A DNA stretch of 64,000 nt from the NCBI GenBank assembly GCA_963768425.1, contig CAVYHV010000008.1, positions 1 to 64,000 on the forward strand, read 5' to 3'. How positions within the stretch are numbered: the stretch's first letter is position 1; each line of letters starts with the position of its first letter. The stretch comes from Candidatus Bathyarchaeota archaeon. GTDB taxonomy: Archaea > Thermoproteota > Bathyarchaeia > Bathyarchaeales > Bathycorpusculaceae. Made by a program: the position numbers and the translations under genes. The notes below the pieces were generated by a model, which was given only the letters and a program-made list of their open reading frames with translations, was not told the origin of the DNA and did no database searches. This document shows positions 28,660 through 38,862 of the stretch, piece by piece.

Positions 28660-29675
28660 CTAATCCTGTTTGAGGCTTCCTGCCCAAAACGCTTATGTTC
28701 CATAGGTATTTTCTGGTCTGCGACGTCTCTTACTTGATGGCCGGTTATGTGCAGGAAAACGTCTTCAAGTGTTGGCTGCATGTTTTCCATGGAATTTATC
28801 TTTCCTCCCTCAGCTCTCACTGAGTCGATTACCGAGTCGAAAGCTTCTTGACCGTGACTAATAATCCTTAAGCGCATTGAGTTTTCTTGAGTAACCGCAT
28901 CCACGCATCCGCAAGCGTTGATTGCCTCAATAATTTTGGGTGTTAGATTTCCAATCTCCAGTTTTAGTATCGTTGTATCCGCTCCTGAAATCGTTTTTTT
29001 CAAGTTTGTCGAAGTGTCCAGCGCCACTATCTTGGCGTGATCCATAATGCCGATTCGATCGCATAACAGATCGGCATCAACCATCATATGAGTTGTTACG
29101 ATTATTGTGGTGCCGTTTTCCCTGTTGAGCTTTTTGACGAATTCGCGAATCTCAACCGAAGACTGGGGATCCAATCCCAAAGTAGGTTCATCCAAAAAGA
29201 GCACTTCCGGCGTATTCAACAGCGCCCGAACCACGTTCATCCTCTGCCTCATGCCTGTCGAGAAAGTGCCGACTTGGCTGTTCTTCCATTTTGTAAGTTG
29301 AACCAGTTCAAGCAACTCATCGATTCTTTTGTTTAGGGCGTCTTTGGGTAGATTGAACAGACTTCCGAAGAAAACCAAGTTCTCCCTAGCCGTTAAACGG
29401 TTGTACATAATCATTTTTTCAGAAACTATGCCGATAAGTTTCCTGACTTCCGTGTCCTCCCTGACTATATCATGACCGCCAATAATCGCGGTGCCTTCTG
29501 TGGGTCTAGCCAACGTTGAGAGCATGCGCAGGGTTGTGCTTTTGCCTGCGCCGTTTGGACCTAGTAAACCAAAAATTTCGCCGTGCTTTACGTCGAATGA
29601 GATTTTGTCTACGGCTGTGAATTCACCGAATTTTTTAGTTAGGTTTCTTACTTCGATTATTGAGTCATTTGACAA
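28656..29675 (-). CDS. ABC exporter ATP-binding protein (DrrA-like)
   Basis: GPNGAGKST, FSTGMRQR, LFLDEPTLGLD, TTH, PTLEDVFL. Confidence 0.95.
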   Translation of the reverse strand: MSNDSIIEVRNLTKKFGEFTAVDKISFDVKHGEIFGLLGPNGAGKSTTLRMLSTLARPTEGTAIIGGHDIVREDTEVRKLIGIVSEKMIMYNRLTARENLVFFGSLFNLPKDALNKRIDELLELVQLTKWKNSQVGTFSTGMRQRMNVVRALLNTPEVLFLDEPTLGLDPQSSVEIREFVKKLNRENGTTIIVTTHMMVDADLLCDRIGIMDHAKIVALDTSTNLKKTISGADTTILKLEIGNLTPKIIEAINACGCVDAVTQENSMRLRIISHGQEAFDSVIDSVRAEGGKINSMENMQPTLEDVFLHITGHQVRDVADQKIPMEHKRFGQEASNRIR

Positions 29676-29707
29676 TCTGACTCCTCCATACTTGAATATT
29701 ATTCACT

Positions 29708-29719
29708 GCAATATATTGC
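29708..29719. promoter_or_regulatory. Perfect palindrome GCAATATATTGC, candidate PadR operator
   Basis: Lies in the short divergent region between the ABC operon and padR. Confidence 0.45.
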
Positions 29720-29765
29720 GGTAAAATATAAGTATTACCCAAATACACTATAGAACCGAAGAATA

Positions 29766-30365
29766 ATGACCTCGGAAACTGAAGAAAAGACAACTGAAAA
29801 CTGGCTTAAAGAAGCGCAGAAAGGCTACATTCGAATGGGCGTCCTAATTCTACTCAGTAAAAAACCATCCCACGGATACGAAATTATGAAGGAAATAAAC
29901 AGCCGAACCCGAGGCTTCTGGCAGCCAACTCCCGGCGGCGTGTACCCCATTCTGCGGGACTTGGAAAAATGTGGATACGTTAAGGGTCAATGGCAAACCC
30001 AGAAAAACCGCAGGCTAAAAGTCTATAAAATCACGAAGGCAGGCGACCTTATTTTGAGGCGAGCCATAGTGAAGCAAGCTGAAATTTCAGATAACATTGG
30101 TAATCTTTTCCGAGAGTTTGCCCGAGACGTCCTCAACATGGAGAACGCAACCAAATCTATGCCAAACCTACCTTCCTTCTTCACTCCATTCTTGGAGGAC
30201 AATCCGTACAGTGAAGAAAACCTAAAACACCTCGAGCACGAGCGCCAGCACACGTACGAATTGCTTAAGTCTATGCAGGAAAGGTTAAGGAAAATTGACG
30301 CTAGGCTAAAAGAAATCAAGAAGCAATCCCAAAACGGCGGCTCTTCTCCTGTGCCTCAAGAATAA
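29766..30365 (+). CDS. PadR family transcriptional regulator
   Basis: KPSHGYEIMKEI...PTPGGVYPILRDLEKCG...KVYKITKAG. Confidence 0.93.
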   Translation: MTSETEEKTTENWLKEAQKGYIRMGVLILLSKKPSHGYEIMKEINSRTRGFWQPTPGGVYPILRDLEKCGYVKGQWQTQKNRRLKVYKITKAGDLILRRAIVKQAEISDNIGNLFREFARDVLNMENATKSMPNLPSFFTPFLEDNPYSEENLKHLEHERQHTYELLKSMQERLRKIDARLKEIKKQSQNGGSSPVPQE

Positions 30366-30486
30366 GTCCTCGATTTCGCTGTACATGTTCGGCATATAAC
30401 GATTCATCAACAAGGAGACGGCTGAGTTGCTGGCGTAAACAATTAAATGTGTGACCCAGGTATTTGCTACGTTAGAAGTGACCTGA

Positions 30487-30810
30487 ATGTTCCGCGTAAG
30501 AGTTAACAAAATTGAGTCAAATCGCGACTTGGACGGCAACCTTGGAAAAAGGATCGAGCTGCTGGAAGAGAGAGAACTCAATCCATATGTACTAAGACCC
30601 CAATCTGACGAAGCTAAAATGGCACAGGACATAATGCAAGCCCTGCAGCAGCAAATGCCCTTCCTGCCTCAGAAAACCCAGCTTGCCACGCCTAAAATCA
30701 TTCTGTTTCTGACTGAACAAGAATATGACAGTTTGGGAATAAGCTTTGATGTAAACCAAGTCTATGAAGTGGCACTGCAAAACCAAGCGATATGCTTTAG
30801 GAAGGTCTAA
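30487..30810 (+). CDS. Arcadin-1-like protein
   Basis: IELLEERE...DEAKMAQDIMQ...MPF...PKIILFLTEQEYDSLG..DVNQVYEV matches my recollection of Pyrobaculum arcadin-1. Confidence 0.7.
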   Translation: MFRVRVNKIESNRDLDGNLGKRIELLEERELNPYVLRPQSDEAKMAQDIMQALQQQMPFLPQKTQLATPKIILFLTEQEYDSLGISFDVNQVYEVALQNQAICFRKV

Positions 30811-31132
30811 GAATTTCTTTTCTCATCTGCCTTAGCGCGGCATGTTTAGGGTGAAAAGACAAAACAAACATCATGCTTCTCAGCGCCGAGCTTATCTCAT
30901 CTAAATCTGATATTTTCCCTTCATCACAGTAAAGCGGAATGGGCTCCTCGTCGTCGTCTTCATAATAAACATAAATCGGCGCTTCGCCAGCGTGGAGCTT
31001 CACCATTTCAAAGTTTAGGTTTAATCGTTTGGCTGTTTGCTGTGTGGCAGATCTAACTGACTCCAAGCGTTTTCGGTGTGGATCGCCATTTGAGACGTAA
31101 ATCATCAACTTCCCGTTGTTTTCTTTGAACAT
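30797..31132 (-). CDS. Hypothetical protein
   Basis: MFKENNGKLMIYVS...PIYVYYE...IPLYCD...MFVLSFHPKH; plausible start after GGAG. Confidence 0.7.
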   Translation of the reverse strand: MFKENNGKLMIYVSNGDPHRKRLESVRSATQQTAKRLNLNFEMVKLHAGEAPIYVYYEDDDEEPIPLYCDEGKISDLDEISSALRSMMFVLSFHPKHAALRQMRKEILRPS

Positions 31133-31311
31133 AACGCAGTCTCCAGGATCCATTCCGTCTGAACTTCTTTTAAGGAAAGCTGTGAAGCGACTGTTTAGAG
31201 CAGGGGAGTCGTGACTGAAAGTGAAGGTTTGCGCCACTTGTTGTTGTGCGGCGTCACCAACATTTGCTTAAATGGCAAGGGAAAGTTCCCTTCTTAGTGT
31301 GAGGTGAAAAT

Positions 31312-31737
31312 ATGGTTATTGGCGAAAAACTATGGGAAGGCAAAGCTAAAAGTGGCCCTGGCTTCATAAAATCAGTTGGAATGGACGGCGTTGTTTCAAT
31401 CTTTACCTTTACAGCGCAAATGATGGGTATGGGCAAAGCTAAAGGCGTAGACTGCAACCTAAACGTGACAGGCAAGAGCATGATGCCTCCTAAAGGCATC
31501 GGTTGGTCGAAAGATCAGGGAATGCTCATGACGATGACTGGCGATATGGGTATAGTGAAAGGAGTTAGTATGATGAAGATGGAGATGGGAAAGAACCCGA
31601 CTGCCGTAGGTCTGTGGACCTTTATGACGATGTCAGAAAAACTAGGCTGGCTCAACAACACGATTACTGTTGTCACTTTTGAAGCGACTGACCCAATGTG
31701 GACCGAAATTAACATTGCAATCTGGGAATGGAAGTAA
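31312..31737 (+). CDS. Hypothetical Gly/Met-rich beta-strand protein
   Basis: GAGGTGA SD, 141-aa ORF. Confidence 0.75.
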   Translation: MVIGEKLWEGKAKSGPGFIKSVGMDGVVSIFTFTAQMMGMGKAKGVDCNLNVTGKSMMPPKGIGWSKDQGMLMTMTGDMGIVKGVSMMKMEMGKNPTAVGLWTFMTMSEKLGWLNNTITVVTFEATDPMWTEINIAIWEWK

Positions 31738-31755
31738 ACTACAGAGCTGGTTCTG

Positions 31756-32211
31756 ATGCAGGAAGACCATTGGCAGATGCCCGATTGGTGGTGCCGAGGA
31801 AGTCGCCCAGCCAACGATGAAATATACTTTGAGAATATGTGCCGAGTGATTTTTCAAGAAGGATTAAACTGGCATGTAATCGACAATAAGTGGCCAACAA
31901 CACAGAAGGCTTTTTCCAATTTTAACATAAACAAAGTTGCATGCCTCACAGCGACAGACGTTGAACGTCTCCTTAAGGATGAAGGAATAGTTCGGAACCG
32001 ATCCAAAGTCGAAGCAATCATATATAACGCCCAAGGATTCAAAGCCATAAAAGAACACTTTGGATCCTTCCAAGCCTACATAGACAGCTTAGACAAATCT
32101 AACAACTACGATGCCGCCGTCAAAGACCTAACAAGCAAATTCAAACATATAGGTGCACCCTCAGCTAGCCTTTTCTTGTATACCGTAGGAGAAAAAATCA
32201 AAGCCTGGTAA
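31756..32211 (+). CDS. tag: DNA-3-methyladenine glycosylase I
   Basis: YFENMCRVIFQEGLNW, AFSNF, GIVRNRSKVEAIIYNA, FKHIG. Confidence 0.9.
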   Translation: MQEDHWQMPDWWCRGSRPANDEIYFENMCRVIFQEGLNWHVIDNKWPTTQKAFSNFNINKVACLTATDVERLLKDEGIVRNRSKVEAIIYNAQGFKAIKEHFGSFQAYIDSLDKSNNYDAAVKDLTSKFKHIGAPSASLFLYTVGEKIKAW

Positions 32212-32282
32212 AACAATGCTTCTTTTTCTTTTTTTCTTGATTAGATTATTAAATTTGGACGAAACATTGTAATTTGAAAATC

Positions 32283-32561
32283 ATGGCTAACGTTAGGGCG
32301 CACGTGTTTGTTAGCGGCTTGGTTCAAGGGGTTTTCTTTAGACAAAAAACTAGGCAGCAGGCAGAAAGCCATGGAGTTCGGGGCTGGGTTCACAACTTAG
32401 ACGATGGCAGGGTGGAAGCGGTTTTTGAAGGCGAAGAAGTCGACGTAAACGCGCTTGTGGATTTCTGCAGGAAGGGCCCAAGGGGAGCTCAAATAACGAA
32501 CGTCGAAGTCGAATTCGAAACGTTTTTAGGTGGATTTCAAAATTTTAAAGTTACATATTAA
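32283..32561 (+). CDS. acyP: Acylphosphatase
   Basis: VSGLVQGVFFR, GWVHNLDDGRVEAVFEG, GPRGA. Confidence 0.96.
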   Translation: MANVRAHVFVSGLVQGVFFRQKTRQQAESHGVRGWVHNLDDGRVEAVFEGEEVDVNALVDFCRKGPRGAQITNVEVEFETFLGGFQNFKVTY

Positions 32562-32603
32562 CCATTCAAAAGTTAGAAAGATTTTTTTGTTCGCTGGGTC
32601 AAT

Positions 32604-33014
32604 TTAGGCTTTTTTCTTGGGTACTCTGAAATGTGATTCTTTGCCTGCGCTGATATATTCTCCGCCCATGCCTCTGACGGCCGACGCGATTTTCGCAAAT
32701 TTTTCGGAACCAAGGAAACCCATAAGCTTGATTATTATGAAGTCGCCTTTTTCCTCAAAACCTAACAGGCTTTCTAATTCCTCGGGAAAAGACATGCGGA
32801 TATCATCAAGCGTTCGCAGTTTTTGCCCTGTCGTGGGCGCAGTTGGGGGCGGTGCCGTTTGTGTAAGTGACACTGGATGGCTGTTTTGGCCTGCTGCAAG
32901 AGACTTTAGCGATGTAGAAACCGATTTTAACTCTTCAGAAACCTTAACTAATTTAATGGTAAGCTCCTCCACTTTGCCAACAAGTTCAATTAGCTTTTCC
33001 TTCTCAGTGCTCAA
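32604..33014 (-). CDS. Hypothetical protein (coiled-coil, P/T linker, small C-terminal domain)
   Basis: 136-aa ORF with GTG start after AGGGGAG; C-terminal FLGSEKFAKIA..VRGMGGEYISAGKESHFRVP. Confidence 0.75.
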   Translation of the reverse strand: MSTEKEKLIELVGKVEELTIKLVKVSEELKSVSTSLKSLAAGQNSHPVSLTQTAPPPTAPTTGQKLRTLDDIRMSFPEELESLLGFEEKGDFIIIKLMGFLGSEKFAKIASAVRGMGGEYISAGKESHFRVPKKKA

Positions 33015-33110
33015 CTATAACGCTCCCCTTTAAACTCCTAAATAATCCCAAGACGCTTATTAATTGTTTGCAACCTCAAACTACAGCTTAGGTTCGACAG
33101 GAAAACAGGC

Positions 33111-34148
33111 ATGATTGAAATTGATGGAAGCCAAAAAAGCGGCAGCGGCACTATCCTTCGCCTCTCAGTAGCATTAGCAGCCATAGCAAAGCAGCCCCTT
33201 CACATTTTTAATATTAGGCAAAGCCGTCCGCAACCAGGCTTGAAGCCGCAGCATCTTGAAGCGGTGCTCACTGCTACCAAACTATGCAACGCCAAGGTGC
33301 AGGGGGCCGCTTTGGGTTCAAGAGAGCTCTGGTTTACACCTCAACAAATAAGGGGCGGCAACATAAAAGCAGTAATCGAGACAGCTGGAAGCATCCCGAT
33401 GCTGCTTTTGGCGGTTTTACCCATCTGCTTGTTCGCCGACATTCCCGTTCATCTGCATGTGGCTAAAGGGGGAACAGACACTACTCACGCTCCGACAATC
33501 AACTACATGCGACGTGTTCTTTTGCCGACACTGGCAAGAATGGGGGTTGACGCTGAAATAACCGTTCAGAAATACGGTTACTACCCGAAGGGAATGGGTG
33601 AAGCCACTTTGGCCGTCAAACCCAACAGAGCTTTAAAGCCCCTTGTCTTGGAGAATTTCGGTAAGTTGAAGTGTGTAGGCGGTGTTTCCGTGTGCACTTT
33701 TTTGGCTGACCGACGGGTTGCGGAGCGGCAGGCAAAGGCAGCGGAGGAACACCTCTCGCGAAACGGCTTCATTGCAGATATTCAAATCATCAATGATGAG
33801 TCGAACCCCTTCCAAAAGGGTAGCTCAATCGTTCTATGGGCTGAAACCGACAATGGTCTCCTTGTGGGCGCTGACGCGATTGGTCAACTGCGCAAAACGG
33901 CAGAGGCTGTCGGATTGGAAGCCGCAGAAAAACTCGTTAAAGAGCTGAATTCGACGCCAACCGTTGATGTTTTCTTAGCCGATATGCTGATTCCCTACAT
34001 GGCGTTGGCACAGGGCAAGTCAGCTTTCCTTGTCAGAGCAATAACTGAACACATTGACTCCAACATTTGGTTGATGGAAAAAATATTAAACGTTAAATTC
34101 AATGTTCAAAAAGTAAACCATCTGTACAGGATAGAAAGAAGCTGCTGA
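33111..34148 (+). CDS. rtcA: RNA 3'-terminal phosphate cyclase
   Basis: IDGSQKSGSGTILR, NIRQSRPQPGLKPQH, GGTD, GYYPKGMG, DMLIPYMALA, TEH. Confidence 0.95.
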   Translation: MIEIDGSQKSGSGTILRLSVALAAIAKQPLHIFNIRQSRPQPGLKPQHLEAVLTATKLCNAKVQGAALGSRELWFTPQQIRGGNIKAVIETAGSIPMLLLAVLPICLFADIPVHLHVAKGGTDTTHAPTINYMRRVLLPTLARMGVDAEITVQKYGYYPKGMGEATLAVKPNRALKPLVLENFGKLKCVGGVSVCTFLADRRVAERQAKAAEEHLSRNGFIADIQIINDESNPFQKGSSIVLWAETDNGLLVGADAIGQLRKTAEAVGLEAAEKLVKELNSTPTVDVFLADMLIPYMALAQGKSAFLVRAITEHIDSNIWLMEKILNVKFNVQKVNHLYRIERSC

Positions 34149-34152
34149 TGCC

Positions 34153-35223
34153 ATGCAGAAAACAGCCTTTTGCATAAAAGTTTCAAAGAAACAGGGTGAA
34201 ACAGCATTAGCATTTGCCAACAAACTTGGAGTTTTGGACAAGTCATTGAAGATTGAACGGGACGAGACGAACCTATACATTCCTCTGGTTCGCTCGCTCA
34301 AAGAAAAAGAGTTAGCGACTTTGAAGTGTCTAGTGGCGGAATCTCTTGTGGAGACGGGAGTTTTCATCCAAAAGCAGCCAGCTGCAGTCACTCTAACGCA
34401 AACTCTTGAAACAAAGTTGCCGCCTCATCTTCTGGCTATTCTTCCTCAAGCCTTAGACATCGTGGGTGATATTGCCGTTATCGAAATCCCACATGAACTC
34501 AAAACTTACGAGAAGACTATTGGCGAAGCTATCCTGAAAACCCACAAAAACATCAAGACTGTTCTTGCAAAGGCAGGTTCAATAAGTGGGACTTTTCGGG
34601 TGCGGATGTACGATTTCATAGCTGGAGAAGAAAAAACCACGACCGTACATCGGGAATTCGGATGCCGATACCACGTTGATTTGGCGAAAGCGTATTTTTC
34701 GCCCAGGCTTTCCAGTGAGCATATGCGAGTGGCTTCAATCGTGCATGAGGGAGAAACCGTGGTGGATTTGTTCGCTGGGGTCGGACCATTCTCGGTGCTG
34801 ATTGGAAAAAAGAACCTAGACGTTCGGGTTTTCGCTGTTGACATTAATCCAGAAGCCATTGAGCTGTTAAAAGTTAACATCAGGGTTAACAGGGTTGAAA
34901 ATCGGGTTTTCCCAGTCATAGGGGATGCAAGACAACTCGCAGCTAGCAGACTTAATGGTTCAGCTGATAGGGTTATAATGAATCTGCCTGAAACCGCCAT
35001 CGAGTTCGTGGATGCCGCTTGCCAAGCCGTTAAGCCCACGGGCGGGGTAATCCATTTCTACGGTTTTGTCCGTTCACCCGACTCGGCGGAAAACCTAAAA
35101 CTTCGCTTCTCCGACGTCGTTAAGAAATCAGGCAGAAAAGTGGAGGCTTTTCTCTGTGTCAGAAGCGTTCGTGAAACTGCGCCCTACGAATCTCAGATTG
35201 TTTTAGACGCTAAAATCAGTTAG
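34153..35223 (+). CDS. trm5: Trm5/Tyw2-family tRNA methyltransferase
   Basis: DIVGDIAVI, YFSPRLSSE, DLFAGVGPF, DINP, DRVIMNLP. Confidence 0.9.
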   Translation: MQKTAFCIKVSKKQGETALAFANKLGVLDKSLKIERDETNLYIPLVRSLKEKELATLKCLVAESLVETGVFIQKQPAAVTLTQTLETKLPPHLLAILPQALDIVGDIAVIEIPHELKTYEKTIGEAILKTHKNIKTVLAKAGSISGTFRVRMYDFIAGEEKTTTVHREFGCRYHVDLAKAYFSPRLSSEHMRVASIVHEGETVVDLFAGVGPFSVLIGKKNLDVRVFAVDINPEAIELLKVNIRVNRVENRVFPVIGDARQLAASRLNGSADRVIMNLPETAIEFVDAACQAVKPTGGVIHFYGFVRSPDSAENLKLRFSDVVKKSGRKVEAFLCVRSVRETAPYESQIVLDAKIS

Positions 35224-35656
35224 GCTCTAACAATCAGGGTTATCTTAATTTTCTGTTGGGGGTTTTTGAGTTTTTCAACAAATTCTCTTGACAGTTCGTT
35301 GGATGATTTGTCAGCGTGGATTGCCAGGGTTCGGTCTGAAATGTAGTCGCTTTTTCTAATCACAATGTCGGTCGGGTTGGTTAAAGCCAGTTTTGGGGAG
35401 CCAGAGGCGTTGATTTGCTGGGTTAAGCCGTCAGCTTCGATTATTATTGTTAGTTTGGCGTTTGGTTTTTTCAGTTTTTCTTTGAATTCCAAGCTCAATT
35501 CTGTCGCGGCTTTGTCAGCTCGCTACGGCGACGATGCAGTCTCCCGTTTTAGAAAGATGCGTCTCTTTTGTAAACATCAAAGTTGACGGGTGAACGGCTT
35601 GAATGTTCCCGTGCCCAAAAGCCTTAATTGTTTCTTTTGATTGCTTTAAAACTCAA
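35220..35656 (-). CDS. DUF371 family protein (two apparent frameshifts)
   Basis: Joined frames: FGHGNIQAVHPSTLMFTKETHLSKTGDCIVAV.ADKAA...DIVIRKSDYISDRTLAIHADKSS. Confidence 0.82.
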
Positions 35657-36619
35657 TTATTCGTTGACCTCGATAGAATCGACTTTGCCGTCTCCGTCCA
35701 AATCGAACCCCTGAATCACAACCGCGAACTTGTCCTGCCCCTTGTATTTCTGCAGGGTTTTCTTCCAGAAATTAGTCAAAGCCAAAACGCACGCTTTTGT
35801 TCCGACAGCTTTGTTGCCTGCTAAAATAACGATGCGTTTGGTGTTGTCCCATGGGTTAACGATTTTGGCAATTAATCCTGAAACGTCGGAGGTGTAAACC
35901 TGCAAGGTTTTTTCTGACGATAAGCCGCCAAGCAGGAATCCTTGTTCGGATGACTGCATTATGAATTTGATGGGAAGGTATTCGTTTATTTCCTGTGTGA
36001 GGAGGTTGGTTCCGGGTCCTCCGACGAGGATTAAGTTGTTTTTTTCTTCTTTCTCCACTTTTACGTCAACGTCCAGTTTAACCGCGAATTCACTCGGCAT
36101 TTTCGCAAATTGCCCCAGAAAAAGAGCTAGGTGAGCCGCGTAATGTCCGTCTCGCGCGCTGGTTTTGAATGGTCCATGCGGTTGGGGGCTGCCTACGACT
36201 ATTTTGCCGTCGAAGATGCCGTTGCTGATGAATTCTCTGAAGAAATCTTGAAGCTGCTTATCCAAGCTTAGGGTGCACATGTTCTGGATCGGTTTATATC
36301 CGTGTGGGAACTCGATTCCGAAAGCTGGTGAGACGGTTTTGTAGTATTTTGCTGTTGCGCCTTTCTTTTTTTCTTCCCGCTCGACAGTTATGGCGCCTGC
36401 TTTGGCGAGTTTTCTTATGTGGTAGTAGATTTTTTGTTCGTGCATGCCAAGCTGCTTCGCGATTTCTAAGGGGTACATCTCTTTTTTTGAAAGCATGGTT
36501 AGGATTTTCCAGCTTAGGCTGCCCAGCACCATTTTCAGTTTTTGTGAGTCGTTTATCATGCTGATTTCTTTTACTTCTTGGGAGTCGCCGTTGTCTTGGA
36601 GTAGAAGTTTCTTGTCCAT
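35657..36619 (-). CDS. ArsR-like HTH regulator with a C-terminal S-layer-like alpha/beta domain
   Basis: MYPLEIAKQLGMHEQKIYYHIRKL HTH; C-terminal IVVGSP and NLILVGGPGTN...ILAG motifs. Confidence 0.8.
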   Translation of the reverse strand: MDKKLLLQDNGDSQEVKEISMINDSQKLKMVLGSLSWKILTMLSKKEMYPLEIAKQLGMHEQKIYYHIRKLAKAGAITVEREEKKKGATAKYYKTVSPAFGIEFPHGYKPIQNMCTLSLDKQLQDFFREFISNGIFDGKIVVGSPQPHGPFKTSARDGHYAAHLALFLGQFAKMPSEFAVKLDVDVKVEKEEKNNLILVGGPGTNLLTQEINEYLPIKFIMQSSEQGFLLGGLSSEKTLQVYTSDVSGLIAKIVNPWDNTKRIVILAGNKAVGTKACVLALTNFWKKTLQKYKGQDKFAVVIQGFDLDGDGKVDSIEVNE

Positions 36620-36836
36620 AAGTTAATCCTGATGAGTAAGAAACATGTACTATAAAAAATTTATTTATAGTGGTGTAGAAAAATCGAGCTGCGTTGAGCC
36701 CAAAGTTGTCAATGTGCATGCGGAATGGTCAGAAACTGCTACAAAGTTTTTTTTAGCGGTCAAACCGAAATGTTAAAAATGCTTATTAGCAAACCTCTCG
36801 CCGTTAAGTCATACATCATCAAAATGAGGGTAGGAT

Positions 36837-38670
36837 ATGTGTGGAATATTTGGTTGTGTTTTAACAGAGGGAAACGCTGCTCCCCTTATACATTCGTCAC
36901 TTAAACGGCTTGAATATCGAGGCTATGACTCAGTCGGCATAGCGACAATTTCTGAAAGACAAAATTTACCTTAAGAAGGACCAGGGAAAAATCGATGATG
37001 TGCATAAAATTCTAAACCTTGACGATTTGCCAGGCAACATAGGTATCGGTCACACGCGATGGGCAACACATGGTGCACCCCTAAAAGTTAACTCTCATCC
37101 TCACTCCGACTGCACAGGCGAAATAATGGTTGTTCACAACGGAATCATCGAGAATTTCATGGAACTTAGAACTGAACTGCAAAATCTTGACCACACCTTT
37201 GTTTCCAAAACAGACACCGAAGTAATCCCGCACCTAATTGAGCAAACCCTCAAACAGAACCCGAAACTCTCCTTTGTGGATGCAGTTCAAGAAAGCCATC
37301 AAGCGCCTTGAAGGGTCATATGCCCTTGCAGTAATCTCCACAAAAGAACCAGACAAGATTGTCTGCGCCAGAAACGAAAGCCCCCTGGTTTTAGGCATCA
37401 ACGGGAAGGGCGTTTTCTGCGCTTCCGACATTCCAGCTTTTCTGCCAGTCACCAACAAGGCAGTCATGGTAAACAACGGCGAAATGGTTATTCTGTCTGC
37501 ACAAGGTTACGAGATCAAGAAAATCCAGGATTCCAGCCCTGTCAGTCGGGAACCAGAAACCATCGAGTGGTCAGCTGAAATGGCTATTAAACAAGGCTAC
37601 CCGCACTTTATGATCAAAGAGATTCATGAGCAGCCTGAAACTCTGCGCAACACGCTAAGACTGCAGGAGCATTATCTGGATTTACTTACAACTTTTCTTG
37701 ACCGAGCAAACGAGGTTTTTCTTGTCGCATGCGGAACAAGCTACCACGCATGTTTAGCGGCTTCATACATGTTCTCCAAACTTGCGTTCTTGCCGACTTA
37801 CCCAGTTTACGCTTCAGAATTCATAGAGCAACATGGCAAATCAGTAAGCATCGATAGCACCATTTTAGCGGTCAGCCAGTCAGGCGAAACAGCGGACACC
37901 ATAGCCGCCGTCACCTGTGCCCAGCAGCGGGCAGCCACAATACTAAGCCTAACAAACGTCATCGGCTCTTCTTTAACACGGATTTCCCGCGTTTACATCG
38001 GCACACAGGCGGGTCCAGAAATCGGTGTTGCAGCTACGAAAACTTTCACTTCTCAGCTTTCCGTTTTGGCGCAACTTGCGCTTAGGCTAGCGAAGAAGAG
38101 AGGCAAGGTTTCTCAGGATGAGATAGATAGCCTTGAAGAAAACTTGCGTAAGTTGCCTGAAATTGCTGAACACGATAGTGAAGACGCAGGAGGAAAAAGT
38201 TAAGCAAATCGCCAAGAAATACAAGGATTCTAAAGTGTTCTTTTTCTTAGGCAGAGGAATCAGCACCGCCACCGCTTACGAAGGCAGACTCAAACTGATG
38301 GAAATCGCCTACATTCCGTCAATAGCGTTCCCAGCAGGCGAAAGCAAGCATGGACCAATCAGCCTCATCGAAAACGGGTTCCCAGTGGTTTTCGTTTGCC
38401 CCAGAGATGACTGCCACAAAACGTTGATCGGCAACATCATGGAGATGAAAGCCAGAGGCGCCCACATAATCGCTGTTGCAGAGGAAGGAGACGAGGAAAT
38501 CAAAGTCGTTGGCTGACGACTACATTGAGGTTCCCAAAGGCATCCCAGGCGTTCTGTCGCCGATTCCTTTCGTCGTGCCCCTGCAGCTATTAGCGTACTA
38601 TATTGCGCTTGAAAAAGGCTACAACCCCGACATGCCAAGAAACCTGGCGAAATGCGTCACCGTAAAGTAG
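36837..38670 (+). CDS. glmS: Glutamine-fructose-6-phosphate aminotransferase (four apparent frameshifts)
   Basis: [55 protein letters not shown]. Confidence 0.95.
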
Positions 38671-38862
38671 CCTTCTCCTTTTCCCATCGACCTTATTAGC
38701 CCGCTTTCTTGAGCTTGCTTCTTTTGCAGGTTCGTATCACAAACAACGCGGCACTTTGCAGGATTTTCTTTTTCATCCCGCTACCCTACGTTTTTCTTAA
38801 GAATCCAATTAGGCACATCTAACAGCCAAAAACAAAAGCGTTTAAGAACTATGGCTGGCAGG

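Noticed and set aside
36837-38670. glmS as a true pseudogene, or a glmS ribozyme upstream
   Set aside because: All motifs are intact apart from indels; the upstream region is AT-rich with no ribozyme core
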